Shown: positions 29,345 through 41,029 of the stretch, piece by piece
Layout: every line of letters starts with the position of its first letter
How positions within the stretch are numbered: the stretch's first letter is position 1
Origin: Cenococcum geophilum
Taxonomy: Eukaryota
Length of the DNA: 64,000 nt
Assembly: GCA_050273025.1 (NCBI GenBank)
Contig: CP158635.1
Location: forward strand, 31,062,001-31,126,000
Direction of reading: 5' to 3'
The notes under the pieces: generated by a model
The model's input: the letters and a program-made list of their open reading frames with translations, nothing else
Databases searched by the model: none
What the model was told of the DNA's origin: nothing
Position numbers and translations under genes: made by a program

Positions 29345-32162
29345 TATATAATTCATTGCTTAACGTCCAATTCGGATCCCTATTGGGCCCACATAGACTA
29401 CTCCTTATGTACATATAGGGAGAAAACTCTATTTGAGAAAACCCCGTAATCCATCTCCCCGCCTTTTAGGACTCGCCTATAAGGCGCCTGTAAGGCGCCT
29501 ATAAGTTACCTATAGTGCTCCTACTACCTTACTTTTTAACCTCCTTAGGAACCACTACTGCCGTAATAAGCCTACGGACGCGCTAGTATCGCAAACTTTA
29601 CTCTACTACTATAGAGTTATTAGGGAGCACCCGTTGCTCGCCCCCCTACCTTTTATTACTATTTCCTTTACAACCTAAAACTGGTTTAGTATATTTTAGC
29701 TAATAAGCTACTAGGTAACCGCCTTAAGGCCTTTTTATATTAAGAGTAGTGTTTTATAGTTCTCTATACCAGCTACTAAAAGTATTACTTCTTGGTTAAT
29801 ATGTAAGGGGTATAGCAGTATTACGTACTTTAGAGTCTATCTTAGCTAGCTACATTTGTATTTTAGGCTACCTACTAGGATACCTACCTAGTAGAGCTAG
29901 TCTTTTAGTCCTATTACTCCTATTCTTAAGAGTATTGCCATTATATTTTCTACCTTTATTAGGCCTTCTCGGAGCCCTAAAGTATTTACCCCCTATAGCG
30001 TTAACCATACTACAGCTTAGGTTCTTCTTGCCTTAGTTAACCTCTGTACCTTTAACTCCTATACGCCTCTTTAGTGTTAGTCTAGCCAGTATTATATTAC
30101 GGTAGTTAGTTTCCTAGCGTTCTTTTATGCTTTACTTTAGCTCTTTTCTCTCTCTTACTGTTATCCTTACTGGCCTCTTACGCGTTTTCCTTCCTCCTCT
30201 ATATAGGCCTGGGCCCTAAAGCAGCACTATTCTTCTTCTGCTTTCTTTACCTATTTCTTTAATATATCTTCCCTACTTTAGGGTTATTGGTTTGTTCTCC
30301 TATAAGGTACCCTAGGGTCCCTCTATAGTTTATTTAGGCGTATTTTAATATACTTTATAATATTAGAGTTACGTTCCTTTTACGCCCTTTATATTGCAGC
30401 GGCTTTAATATATAGTTATAGGGGGGGAATATTAGCTTCCTTCTTAAGCAGTGCTGTAGCCGTTCGCTTATATCCGCCTGTTATATTTTAGAGGTAGGCT
30501 ATTTAGACCTTTTAGAGTGGTTTAAGGAGCAATTTAAGGGGGCCTTCCTTAGATTCTCCAATGGCCTAAATACTGGACCTATACGTTATAGTTAGCTAGA
30601 CAACTGCTATATATAGTAGGCGTAACCTCTAAAAGCATAGACCCTATATAGAATTGACGATCCTAGATAATATAATATACTGTGCTTAGCCCTTACGGGC
30701 CGCTTGCGCCGTATATACGCTCTACTAGAGCTTACTATCTACCTATACTCCTAATACTCTTAGGCCCTAAACTGGCTAACCCCTAAAGCCTTAGATGTGA
30801 ATTATGTGCTAGAGATCTACAGATTGGTTGCGTTTTCTTATAAAATAGATTAGCTAGTATTTCTTTAGTGAGAATTGGACTTTATATTATCTTGCCTATT
30901 TTATATAGGTATTATAAGCTTTCTCTAGTGTTCTGTAATTCTCTGCGGCTGTTAGCCCGTATATAATTAGGTTTATGTCGTTAACGAAGCCTATCCCTTA
31001 GGTCGCCCCTTCCTTAAAGGAGTTAAGTAGGTTACTTATAAAGAAAAGGAAGAGTATAGGCGAGAGGGGTAATCCTTATAGTATTCCTGTTGCAACTGTA
31101 ATAGGGGGGCTTTAGTATCCGCTAAAGATTAGCGATATTTCTTTTTAACCTATAAACCCTTAAACAAATTATATAATCTATTCTAGGAAGCCTTTTGCTC
31201 TAAGGATATATAGGAGACACTTATAGGGTACGTTATCGTAGGCGCCACTAATATCTAGGCTGAGCATTAATACTATAAAGTCCCTTCGCATCGCCTATAT
31301 AGATTTAATGGTGGTAGTAAGTAGCGTAAGTACTAATAGCGTTAAGCGGTTCTTTCTTGCCCCTATTTAGCTTTGTGGTAATAGGGCGTGTTCCTCAGCC
31401 GTGTCTGCTATATAGTCCGCTATTACCCTTTCTAAGATCTTGCTAAGGGTATTCTCTAAGGTAATAGGGCGGTAGCTCCCTAGAAATAAGTAGTCTGCTT
31501 TGCCTTCTTTATATAGGATAAATATTATTATAGCTCTTCCGAGTCTCGGGTAGTAGCCTATTATAAAGTATACTCTAGCTATATCCGTAAGCTAAGGTGC
31601 TATTAATAGTCCGCAGGTCTTTAGGGCTTTATTTAGGATCCTATCTAGTCCTAGTGCTATATTATTTAAAAGGCGGCTAATAGTTCTAGCTATTTCTTTA
31701 GTTGTTATATTACTGTTAACCCTTAGGCGAGTTACCGGTGCTTCACCCGTAATATTGTTAAGGTCTACTAAAGCTAGTTAAGGGAAAAATCTTTCTATAA
31801 GGATTTTTGCCTTTTTATTATTATTGCTTATGGCCAGTAATTTACCTGGTCTTCGTAAGGGCGGAAGGTATAGGTCTTCTACTGGATGTCCTGCCTTTCT
31901 CTTTGCCTATTTTGCTATTCTTTAGAGACCTTTATTATAGGGGAGGCTCGGGTTAGTAGTATGCTCATTTATAAACCGTCTCCAGCTATTCCTTACTTCT
32001 TTTTTTAGGGTATTCTTTAGCTGGTTTCTTGTGTCTTTATAATGTCTCTCGTCTTTAGGATCATGGCTGCTTGTGTATTTTCTTCTTGCTCGTCGTTGGC
32101 TGGCGACGAGAACCGCGCATTGCGCGGACTATGCGTGTCGCGCGTAGGGGCCCGCTTTTAAG
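29345..32162 (-). mobile_element. 5'-truncated Tad1-like LINE (RT plus C-terminal Cys/His motif)
   Basis: 15-bp TSD TCTATAAGTATATTA (29330-29344, 32163-32177). Motifs SYRPITLEN about 31460-31480 and GFVNDIN about 30970-30991. Confidence 0.9.
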
Positions 32163-32934
32163 TCTATAAGTATATTAAGGTATAATATTTAGAATATAGA
32201 TACTTACTAGCTATATATTTAGCCTTAAGACCTTTATTTAAAGTAGGAAGATGGCTATAAATTCTACCTTTATTAGTCCTTTATATAAAGGAAGTATTAG
32301 TATTAATTATAGGGTATTCTATATAGCTATATTTTATATTTTTACTACCTCCTTCTATTATCGCTTTTATTTAAGGTCTACCTATCCTATAATAAGTATA
32401 GTAGATCTCTATCTATACTAATAGCCTTTTATCCTCTACTACTATAGTAATACTCTATTAGTACGGCGCTAGGCCTTTATTTAGTAAACTAATAATTTTT
32501 ATATTTTCTTTTCTCTCTCTATTACCTATAGGTAGAGGCTTCCTAGCTAGTATACTTAGGTATATTGCCCCTTTAAGGGGCCCTCGCTCCTTATATATAT
32601 CTCGTTCTTTATATAAGTTTTAGTATTTAGTATATATTTTTTCTACTAAATAGCTTTATACTATAACTATTCTCTATATAGTAGTTATATTAATATATAA
32701 GTCTAGTAATAGAACTACTACTAGTTTTATAGCTTAGCTAATAGTGCTAGGGAGCTTTTTATTAATACCTTACTATTTAGTCCTTGGCCCTAGATCTAAG
32801 AGCATATAGTATTATTAGCCTTACTATAAATAAATAAATAGATATCTATGTAATTTCCTATATAAGTATTTCTATAAACTCTATAATTAATTACTAGTAT
32901 AAAAAAGATTTTTATACGCCTATATATTTATATA

Positions 32935-33375
32935 AAGCTCTATATAAAGTTCTATATAAGGCTCTACACAAAGCTCTATATAAGGCTCTACTTAAAGCTC
33001 TGCTTGAGGCTCTGCTTAAAGCTCTGCTTAAAGCTATGCTTAAAGCTCTGCTCGAGGCTCTGCACGAAGCTCTGCTCGAGGCTCTGCTCGAAGCTCTGCT
33101 CGAAGCTCTGCTCGAAGCTCTGCTCGAAGCTCTGCTTAAAGCTCTGCTCGAGGCTCTGCACGAAGCTCTGCTTAAAGGCTCTGCTTAAGGCTCTGCTCGA
33201 GGCTCTGCTCAAGGCTCTGCACGAAGCTCTGCACGAAGCTCTGCACGAAGCTCTACACGAAGCTCTGCACGAAGCTCTACACGAAGCTCTGCACGGAGCT
33301 CTGCACGAAGCTCTGTACGAAGCTCTGCACGAAGCTCTGCATGAAGCTCCGCACGAGGCTCTACCAAAGCTCTAC
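32935..33375 (+). repeat. 12-bp minisatellite GAAGCTCTG(CAC/CTC)
   Basis: Same unit and orientation as 4430-5566. Confidence 0.95.
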
Positions 33376-34159
33376 GTAAAGCTTACCCCCTTCTGCAAGG
33401 CAAATATATACCTACTAGTAGTCCTTAAGTATTATTTAAAGCTGGCTCGTCGGTTTGGGTACTCTGGCTGCGGTAGGAAGAGGGCGGCGGTGGTCGTGGG
33501 AGAGGTGCGGCTGCTACGACTTAGGGGCGTCGGGCGCGACGATAAGACAACGAATTAGAATCGGGCAAATCGGGCAACGTAGTCTTCTTCGCCAGGCTTA
33601 ATTTGGTAATTCTGGCCATTAGGAATAGCTTAGGGAGCTATAGAAGTTAAGATAATTTGGCTTAAAGTAGGTGTATATAGGCCTAATTACCCCGCGCGGG
33701 ACTAATAAAAATCCGAACCGTGTACCAGACCTTCTAACGAAGGTCTTGCCAAAAGTGGTTAGCGTCTTGGCAAGGTAAGCCTTGGCAAGAAGGTCTGGGA
33801 ACGAGACAAAGGGAACGAGCATTGCGCGCCGCTTACGTAATTCTGCCCTTTATAAACACCCCAAAAGAGCCGCATCGCTCGCCACTTCACTTTCGCCACG
33901 CCTCACCCCGCCTTTCCAATCGCATACAGCTGCTTAAGGATAAGCAGTATAAAACCTCTAAATTTGCGGTAGGAACCACTCCATTTGACGGATTTTGATT
34001 GAACTAAGGGCAACAGAACTTTGAAGATGTCCACTAATTTGTAAAATAGTCGGGTTCGCCCACGCGCAATCTACAAGTACGCTTCGTGACCGCTCGTCAC
34101 ATAGCAGCCCGCCCCGCACTAGCTTCTAGTTCTGACTTCGACCATCGAGCTCTTGCAGT

Positions 34160-36237
34160 ATGGCAGCCTTTACCACGTTTCAAGATGCGGATCAAGAAGT
34201 CAGGGCTCTGTCGTTCATCTTGAGCTCGTTGGAAACCTCGGGAGTCATCAGCTTTGACGCGCCCATCGAACGCGATCGTCCTGAAATCGCTAAGCCACTG
34301 CAGAAAATCGCGAAGGTCCTTGTTAGGAGGAAAATTGACAACGTTGCCATCGGCGCTCTTGTTAGAAGCAACACATATGCCGCTATTGCCCTGGACAGTG
34401 ATGTCTTTCAGCTGTGTGGATCAATCAACCCCGAGGCAGAAGACAAGAACAAAACGTAAGTGTGGCTTAGAATCGCTTTCATACTTATTACTCTAATGTC
34501 ATGTTCTCTAGAGAGGTCTCGTTCAAAGATGAGGAGATTTTTGGGCGTGCTTGGTCCAATGGTGATGTGATCGGTTTCGTGGTAAATTATGCAAACCACA
34601 AGTAAGTAACAAACCATTATATACTTTTTAACTATTGAATAGGTTATGCTAAGGCTTCTTTAGGTCTGCTGTGCTCTCATTTCGTTCGCACGTATATCTG
34701 TTGCAAAAGCTGTGGCGGCAAGCCGTAGAGGACAATACCGCTCGTACGCAACTCCTAATCTACGTCCTAGTCATGGCGTACGATAAGAACGAAGCACGCT
34801 ATAATCAAGCAGTCAGCGATCTGGATATTCAGCCACCTGCAGACGGGACAATTCCTGATATTTCTTTTGACATCGATGGGCATGTTGACACCGACAAAAT
34901 TCAACATTCGCTTCCACCTGGTATATCACTCGGTAGGCAAGTAAAAGCAGACCTTGAACTCCGCAAATTCACAGGAAGTGTCTACAAGTTCGTCGCCACC
35001 TATATCACAATCACGATTAATCGTGCCCACAAGAATTTGCAGGATCTGTCAAAAAAACTACCTTTCGGTAGCCGGGGCAACACTACTCCGATCATCCTAA
35101 CAACGGAAATTTCCGAAGAGCGGCAAATAGTGGCTCTCAAAGTCTATGAGGTCCTCTATTCTCAAGTGGCGTACTACCGATGTATGAAGCACCTAAAACC
35201 CCTTCTACCTTGCCTAGAGAAAGCGCTTGACACATACAACGAGATATGGAAGCGTGAGGCGAGTAGCTATGCTCGTCTCGACCAAGACTCTAGGCTACCA
35301 GTAACATACGGTCCGGCACTAGTAAAACTTCTTAAAGAACCTTTAATTCATATAAATGGCGCCTATTCCATACTGAAATTCGCCCGCCGTAAGCCACCTA
35401 CTCCTCTCGCTAAACTCTTCAACGGAACACCCCAGAGCAAAATCGAAGTTTTGGAACACAGGTGGCCTCAAGAGCGCACAATGGCGAATGTGGAGGAGGC
35501 TTTGGAGAACGCATTCGCTGGCAGTGACAAGGTGTCGCGAGAGGTATTGCGACAAGTTAAAGAATTGATCACCTGTCATGAGAACCATTTTGTCAAGCTA
35601 AACGCGATCAAGGATTCTTCACGGAAAGAGTGGGATGGCAAGCTCAAGTTCACCGGCACAGTACATTGCGAAGCAATTGTAGCGGTGGATCTTGTCAAAC
35701 ATGTAAGTGACCTCATCTTGATTGACTAACGCTGAATTTACTAACGTAAGTTAGCTTAAAGATCGTAATCCCAAGCCACTTCCCTTACTCGGCATTTCCC
35801 GTCGATGTTGTTTCGTGTGCGCCTGGTTCCTTCACGAAATCTATTCCCGTTACATTCCGGGATTTGATGGCAAGGTCTCCGTAGCGCGTGAATCCAACCG
35901 AGTATGGCCTATTTCGCTCCCAGAACAGACAGATGTGCCTATTGCGAACAAAATCATTGATCAGCTTCGTGACCTCCTTCATCGCAAGCTGATGCAGGAA
36001 GATGGCAAGATACAGATGTTTTATGATCAGATACAGCACGACAAGCGGCGAATGAGTCATGGCGAACTGAGCTCTTCTGGGGACGAATCAATCCAGGACG
36101 AGGAGGAGGAAGAGAATATCGACAACGATGTGTTTAAGCTTGTGGAAGAGGCTAGGGCAAAGCAAAAGCTTAAGGAAGAGGCTATGGGAAAACTTAAGGC
36201 GGAGGCTAGGGCAAACCTGCCAGATGACTATCTATGA
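34160..36237 (+). CDS. OTT_1508-like nucleic acid/nucleotide deaminase domain protein, about 635 aa, 4 exons
   Basis: Exons 34160-34455, 34512-34601, 34664-35702, 35755-36237 with GTAAGT..TAG introns and frame preserved. Spliced motif VHCEA..LLGISRRCCFVC..VWPISLP. Confidence 0.8.
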
Positions 36238-38369
36238 GGACTCTCCATCGCAAGGGAGCCCGTTAGCCTAAATGTACACAGACGTTGACCTTTAGGCAGA
36301 GAATATAGTATACAGCCTATGTGGCATTAACAATGCGAATTATCCATCTTCGGAGCGCCAGAGGTCATCCCTCCAGGCGAGTAATCTGTAGCATTACGCA
36401 TGATAATGGCAGTAGTAACATCAACGAGCCGGCCATATCCCTTACGGTCCTTGGATCAAGGAAACAATAAATTCTCATAAATTCCTTTGGCTGCATTGTG
36501 CAAGAGAACAGAATAAACGGGTAATATATTTAGCAAGTACTAAAGAGTAAACAAGAGGACACAGTTCACCGAGGTAAGTTGTTGGCTTTAGGCTGAATAT
36601 AAACATGTCAACCGTTGAGGTCACTGTCAGGTACCACCTTATGACTCACACCCTGTTTCTTGCCATCGTATGTCTTACTATCTATTTTCTATTACCTATT
36701 TATTACCTATTACCGACTGAGTGGCAATATCGACCTGGTGGCGATTGAGTAACAGTTACCAAATCGTCGTCAGCGTCGTCGTCAGTCTTTTGCCCCTACC
36801 TCGTGTATATAGAGAGCTTCTAGAACCAATCGACAGAATTCTTATGAGTGACTTGTCCGTCTGACAAAACAGAAAGGTTTCGTCGTCGACCAAATCCCGG
36901 ACTCTAAGACGAGTTGAATGGAAGAACGCAGCAAAGTCTCGCCGTGGACTAAATCCTAGACTCGAAGAAGAATTGAAGAGATAAAAGCAGCAAAATCTCG
37001 CCGCCAGTTAAGCCCCGGACTTGAAGGAGAGATGAATGGAAAAATAGGCAAACGGTGCGCCACTACCTCAGAGCGCGGGAATGCGATATGTGAGTAATAA
37101 GGGCAAAGAGTGTAGTGCTGCTTGGTTGAGTGTTTTTTCTTGATCAAGTGTGTCCAAGAGGGTCCCAACATGAATTGCCATTTCAATCTCCTCAAGATTG
37201 TTGAGTAAAGTCCTCTTAACATCGGTGGGAATGCCATTAAAGAGCTCTTCCTAAAATCCTGTCTCCTCAAGCTCCTTAGGCATATAGAACATGCAGTTCC
37301 GATATCTGCCGGCGAGATTGTGTACTCTACTAAGCCTAGCACCAAAAGGAAGGCTCTTCGACAGCTCCCAATTAACAACGCCGGACACCTAGCCGCTATC
37401 CTCCACAAGAATGTTAAGGCGATTAAGGTCGGCATGGGAGACCCACAGAGGCAAGTATTTAAGTTTGTCGATCGAATTCAACAGCTGTTAGATATTGGCT
37501 CAATACTTCCATAGGTTGTTGTTCTTTAATTTAAGTAGTTGTTTAAGCTTCCTTAATCTCGCTCTTAACTACTGCTTTAGAAGCTCTAAGAACGTAACCT
37601 TAAGAAAGAATTTAACTAAGCGATTTTATAGCTTTAACGTTTACCTTTAGATCCCATTTGCCCTAGAGATACGACTCTACCCACGTTTTACTAGGCATAT
37701 AAGTCATAAAGTACGTCTTAATGCCGCCTCTATCCCGCTCTGTGTCCTAGAGGCGCTTAATATCCAGAACAACTAGTCCAAGGACGTCTCGTGCTTAATA
37801 GAAGGACGCCACGTTAACCGGTTCCACTTGGAATTAAATATTAGCTTCTTCCCCATTATCTATAGTTACTTTTACCGTTCTGCTAAAAAGACCTTAGACT
37901 CATAGGCCTTTGGCTTTTTAGCTTTTACTCCAAGGTGTGCTACAGCTAAGGTTTTGGCTCTTGCAATCTGTTTTACATTGGAGTTTAGGGTCTTAGGAAG
38001 ATCGGCATTAGACTTAACGAATTTAGTCACGACGAACGGTGCCAAACGAAGTCAAGGCGGATTTAAGTATGCAGCTCTCTAGTAGAGAGAATATTTTCAG
38101 GACGTGGACGATCAGAAGTGGTGGGAGAGCATAGCTGCAGTTTTCTCGTCGCTTGGTTGCCTGGGCTTGCTGAGGTATTGTTGAACGCCCAATTGGTTCA
38201 AAAAGACCGGTCCTTCTGACGAAGCCAGATAGGACATATTTTATAGGTTGACAGGTATCAACGCCAATCCCGCTTAGGCCATGGGAGCCCTCGTTGCACG
38301 GCGGCTAATTACTCGGCGTTATAGTAGGTGCATGATCATAATGCACCATCGTTCACTCCTCAGCCTTTT

Positions 38370-39188
38370 TTAAAGCCCTCCGATATGGCTATAATATTGC
38401 CCACCATACTGGAGTCCACGTTGCTGTCTCATATCATCAAAATAGACTTTTCTGCACATTTCTCTGACCAGCAAATCAAGGCCAGCAACTAGCCTGTCGT
38501 ATCTGGACTGTGCCGCAGTTACCAATCCCTTCACTTCTGAGGGACGAACTACGCCGCATTCATAAGTCACCAGGGTCCTCATACCGCTCAAGATCCACTT
38601 TTCCCTGTTGTGCCGAAACACCTCAAGCTCCGCCGCCAGCTCCACCAGCAGTGGCGCTGCGCATGGCACCACCGGAAGTGGAGTTGGTGCGATCAGAACA
38701 GCTGGAACGACGCAAGGAGCACCAAGACGCGGGAATGGCACACAATGGGGGCTCCCAATCCCCCGAATCCTCTCCTTCCGGACCCGGGGGCTGCGAACCT
38801 TCACCTCCCCTGGGCCCAGAGAATAGGCACGCCTATACAGGCGCTGATAGGCGGCGATGATAGCCATCACATATCGCTAAGTAGAGCTCGGAATAGAAGC
38901 TAGGTAAGGAGGCCTGCTCACTTTCCGTGATGACAAGTCCGGAGGGTAGCGGGCCACAAAACGGGAAGCCGAAGAGCTCCCCGTGGTCCCATTGCTAAGG
39001 ATGCCCGTAGATGAAGCAGAAATGGTAGCCGCACTCGCAGTGGACGTGGTTGTATGAGGCAGAGAGATCTGCGGGAGCGGCGTAGCGCGGGCACGGCTTG
39101 TGATTCTGCTCAAGGGCGTAAGCCAAGAACCCTTGATCTTGAGGCGTGAGCGCGGAGGCGGTGGAGCAGGCCGTTGGGTGTGTGGCAT
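38370..39188 (-). CDS. Hypothetical protein, about 257 aa, 2 exons
   Basis: Two same-frame ORFs joined by a 45-nt GTGAGC..TAG intron (38921-38877) that removes the stop. Branch site weak. Confidence 0.55.
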
Positions 39189-39887
39189 CGAGAGGCCTAG
39201 TGCATATCAGACAAGTGGTTGTGGAGCAACCTATACGGGTTCCTGAAGTCTTAAAGGCGTAGAAAAGGTTGGTTTGAAGAATACGACTGAAACCCTAGAT
39301 AGAAGCGGTCAAACGAAAGAGTTCAACCGTGGCAAGCAAAAAACGAGACGGATGGGATGAGAAGCGAGCGGGAGAAAACCTATCAACTGCGAGTGATGTA
39401 TATCTTGGGATCTTAGGAGAAGTCTTTTGGCAAGTATCTGGAACTGTGCCGGCTGCTGTATATGTACTAACTCTGACTTCAGGATGATTCTGAGAGAGTA
39501 TGAAATGTGAGAAGGAATTAGAGACGGGACGAGATATCCGAGAAGTTAAGCTGAAGTTGAGTTGAGAATAGAGGAGGCTGGAGGGTGGTAAAATAGAATG
39601 AAGTCTATGCCTGGCTTATAGTCTGGTTTGCGAAGTAGACCTTATATGGGCACGTCTCTTCACAAGAAATTCAAACAATGTTGAGGAGATGTCTCATCTT
39701 ACCGTGAGGATAGCATTTCATGAGTATAAGATATGATGCCGAATGTGCTTCGCTTGAAGGAGACGGGGAGAATATCTCCCAACCACGATGATACTGCACA
39801 CTAAATGTTGGTCTGACATTAATATCGGTACATCCCAAACACCTTGATATCATACAAGCTCTTTCTATTTCCTGAACCATTTCTCAC

Positions 39888-40541
39888 CTATACCACCTTG
39901 ACCAACATCATCCCTCCAATCCTTTTCTCCGCGCATTCCCGGGCTTCCAAAATCCCCCTGTCTGTTGTCACAAACAAGCATTCTCCTGGCTTTGACAAGC
40001 CCTTTACATAACCCGCGTCTCTGCCTCTTATTATCGCCGCGATATCGGTTGAATTGAGCCATATCCGTTTCGTGGGTTTGCTGACTAGTTTCATTTTACT
40101 CAAGACGGGCTCGTTATTCCAATATTTCAATCCAAGCCATAATCTCCTCTTGGCTGGATTATCAGGTACTGGTTCTTCGTAGTTTGCTTCTATTGATTCC
40201 GTAGCTGCGCTTTTCACGGGTTCCGGGATGGGGGAGTTGGTGGCCTTTGCCCAAGTCTCTAACAATGCTTTCTCATGCACTTTGTCCGGTTGGGGAAATG
40301 CTCTCCAAGGCTCATCTCTTATTTTTTGCTGTGAAATCTCTACCAAAGTGTTGTCTTGTAATAAGAAGGGTTTAGGAGGTGATGGGCCGCCGAGGGTTAC
40401 GCTGGAGAGAAAGCCTTCCTTTTGAAGACCTAACATGAGTGCGACATGAAGTTTCGAGACGGGTATCGAGGTGAGCCCAAGCCGCGCTTTTGAGGCATTT
40501 TGAAGATGTGAACAGACGTGGGCGAGGTTGACAAGAGACAT
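39888..40541 (-). CDS. MRPS8: Mitochondrial small-subunit ribosomal protein uS8m
   Basis: MSLVNLAHVCSHLQNASKARLGLTS, RLWLGLKY, SKPTKRIW, TDRGILEAREC motifs. Confidence 0.95.
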   Translation of the reverse strand: MSLVNLAHVCSHLQNASKARLGLTSIPVSKLHVALMLGLQKEGFLSSVTLGGPSPPKPFLLQDNTLVEISQQKIRDEPWRAFPQPDKVHEKALLETWAKATNSPIPEPVKSAATESIEANYEEPVPDNPAKRRLWLGLKYWNNEPVLSKMKLVSKPTKRIWLNSTDIAAIIRGRDAGYVKGLSKPGECLFVTTDRGILEARECAEKRIGGMMLVKVV

Positions 40542-41029
40542 GGCGAAGGTTAGGAGGTTAGGGGGAGATGCTAGGTGAGAGCCCCCTCGGGCTGGAGAAC
40601 TGTTATTCTCGAGCTGAGGAGTCGTTTCTGTAGCGTCTTCTGGGGCGGTAGATTATCGCAATGTCATTTAGACAGTAACAAGGTGGATGGATTTCAATCA
40701 GGGTTTACCAATGGAGGTTGCTGCGAGCGGTTGGTGATCGCTTGCAGCCGCCAAAAATTTGGTGGTGGTGGATTCCGCGTGCATGTAGCCCTGCGCTTGT
40801 TCATTGGAACAGCCAACCGCTCAAGACTTGGGCGCTTGGAACGCGACCCTCTAGAAATAGATCTTTCTATCTCCACAGAAGCTATATATGCTGACTTCTT
40901 CAGTGGGCTTTATGACTTGACGATTGTTTTCTATTTGCTATAACTTTCTCTTCTTGTGCTTGCTTTGTGACTTACGTTAACTTTCTGCGCCTTCTTTCAG
41001 CTCGACTCTAGCTACTCATTCTGCACAGC

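Larger units (their letters stand above)
28615..32830 (-). mobile_element. LINE 3' fragment plus flank; inverted copy of 14440-15366 joined to 27976-28293
   Basis: Reverse-complement match across the empty Gypsy site (28920-28970); interrupted by a solo LTR and a second LINE. Confidence 0.8.
3861..33809. mobile_element. Non-autonomous TIR DNA transposon inflated to 30 kb by nested insertions (Academ-like termini; superfamily inferred)
   Basis: Outer TIR TTATCTCGGTCCCAGAC / GTCTGGGAACGAGACAA. Inner TIR 3933-3970 versus 33693-33730. AGGGAACG flanks both ends (3853-3860, 33810-33817). The same 12-bp minisatellite lies inside both ends. Confidence 0.75.

Noticed and set aside
29900..30450. RNase H domain in the LINE
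   Set aside because: No catalytic motifs seen between the RT and the C-terminal Cys/His motif.
3861..33809. Starship giant transposon
   Set aside because: No tyrosine-recombinase captain gene or cargo genes; the size comes from nested retroelements.
34160..36237. Deaminase as cargo of the TIR element
   Set aside because: It lies outside the right TIR and TSD.
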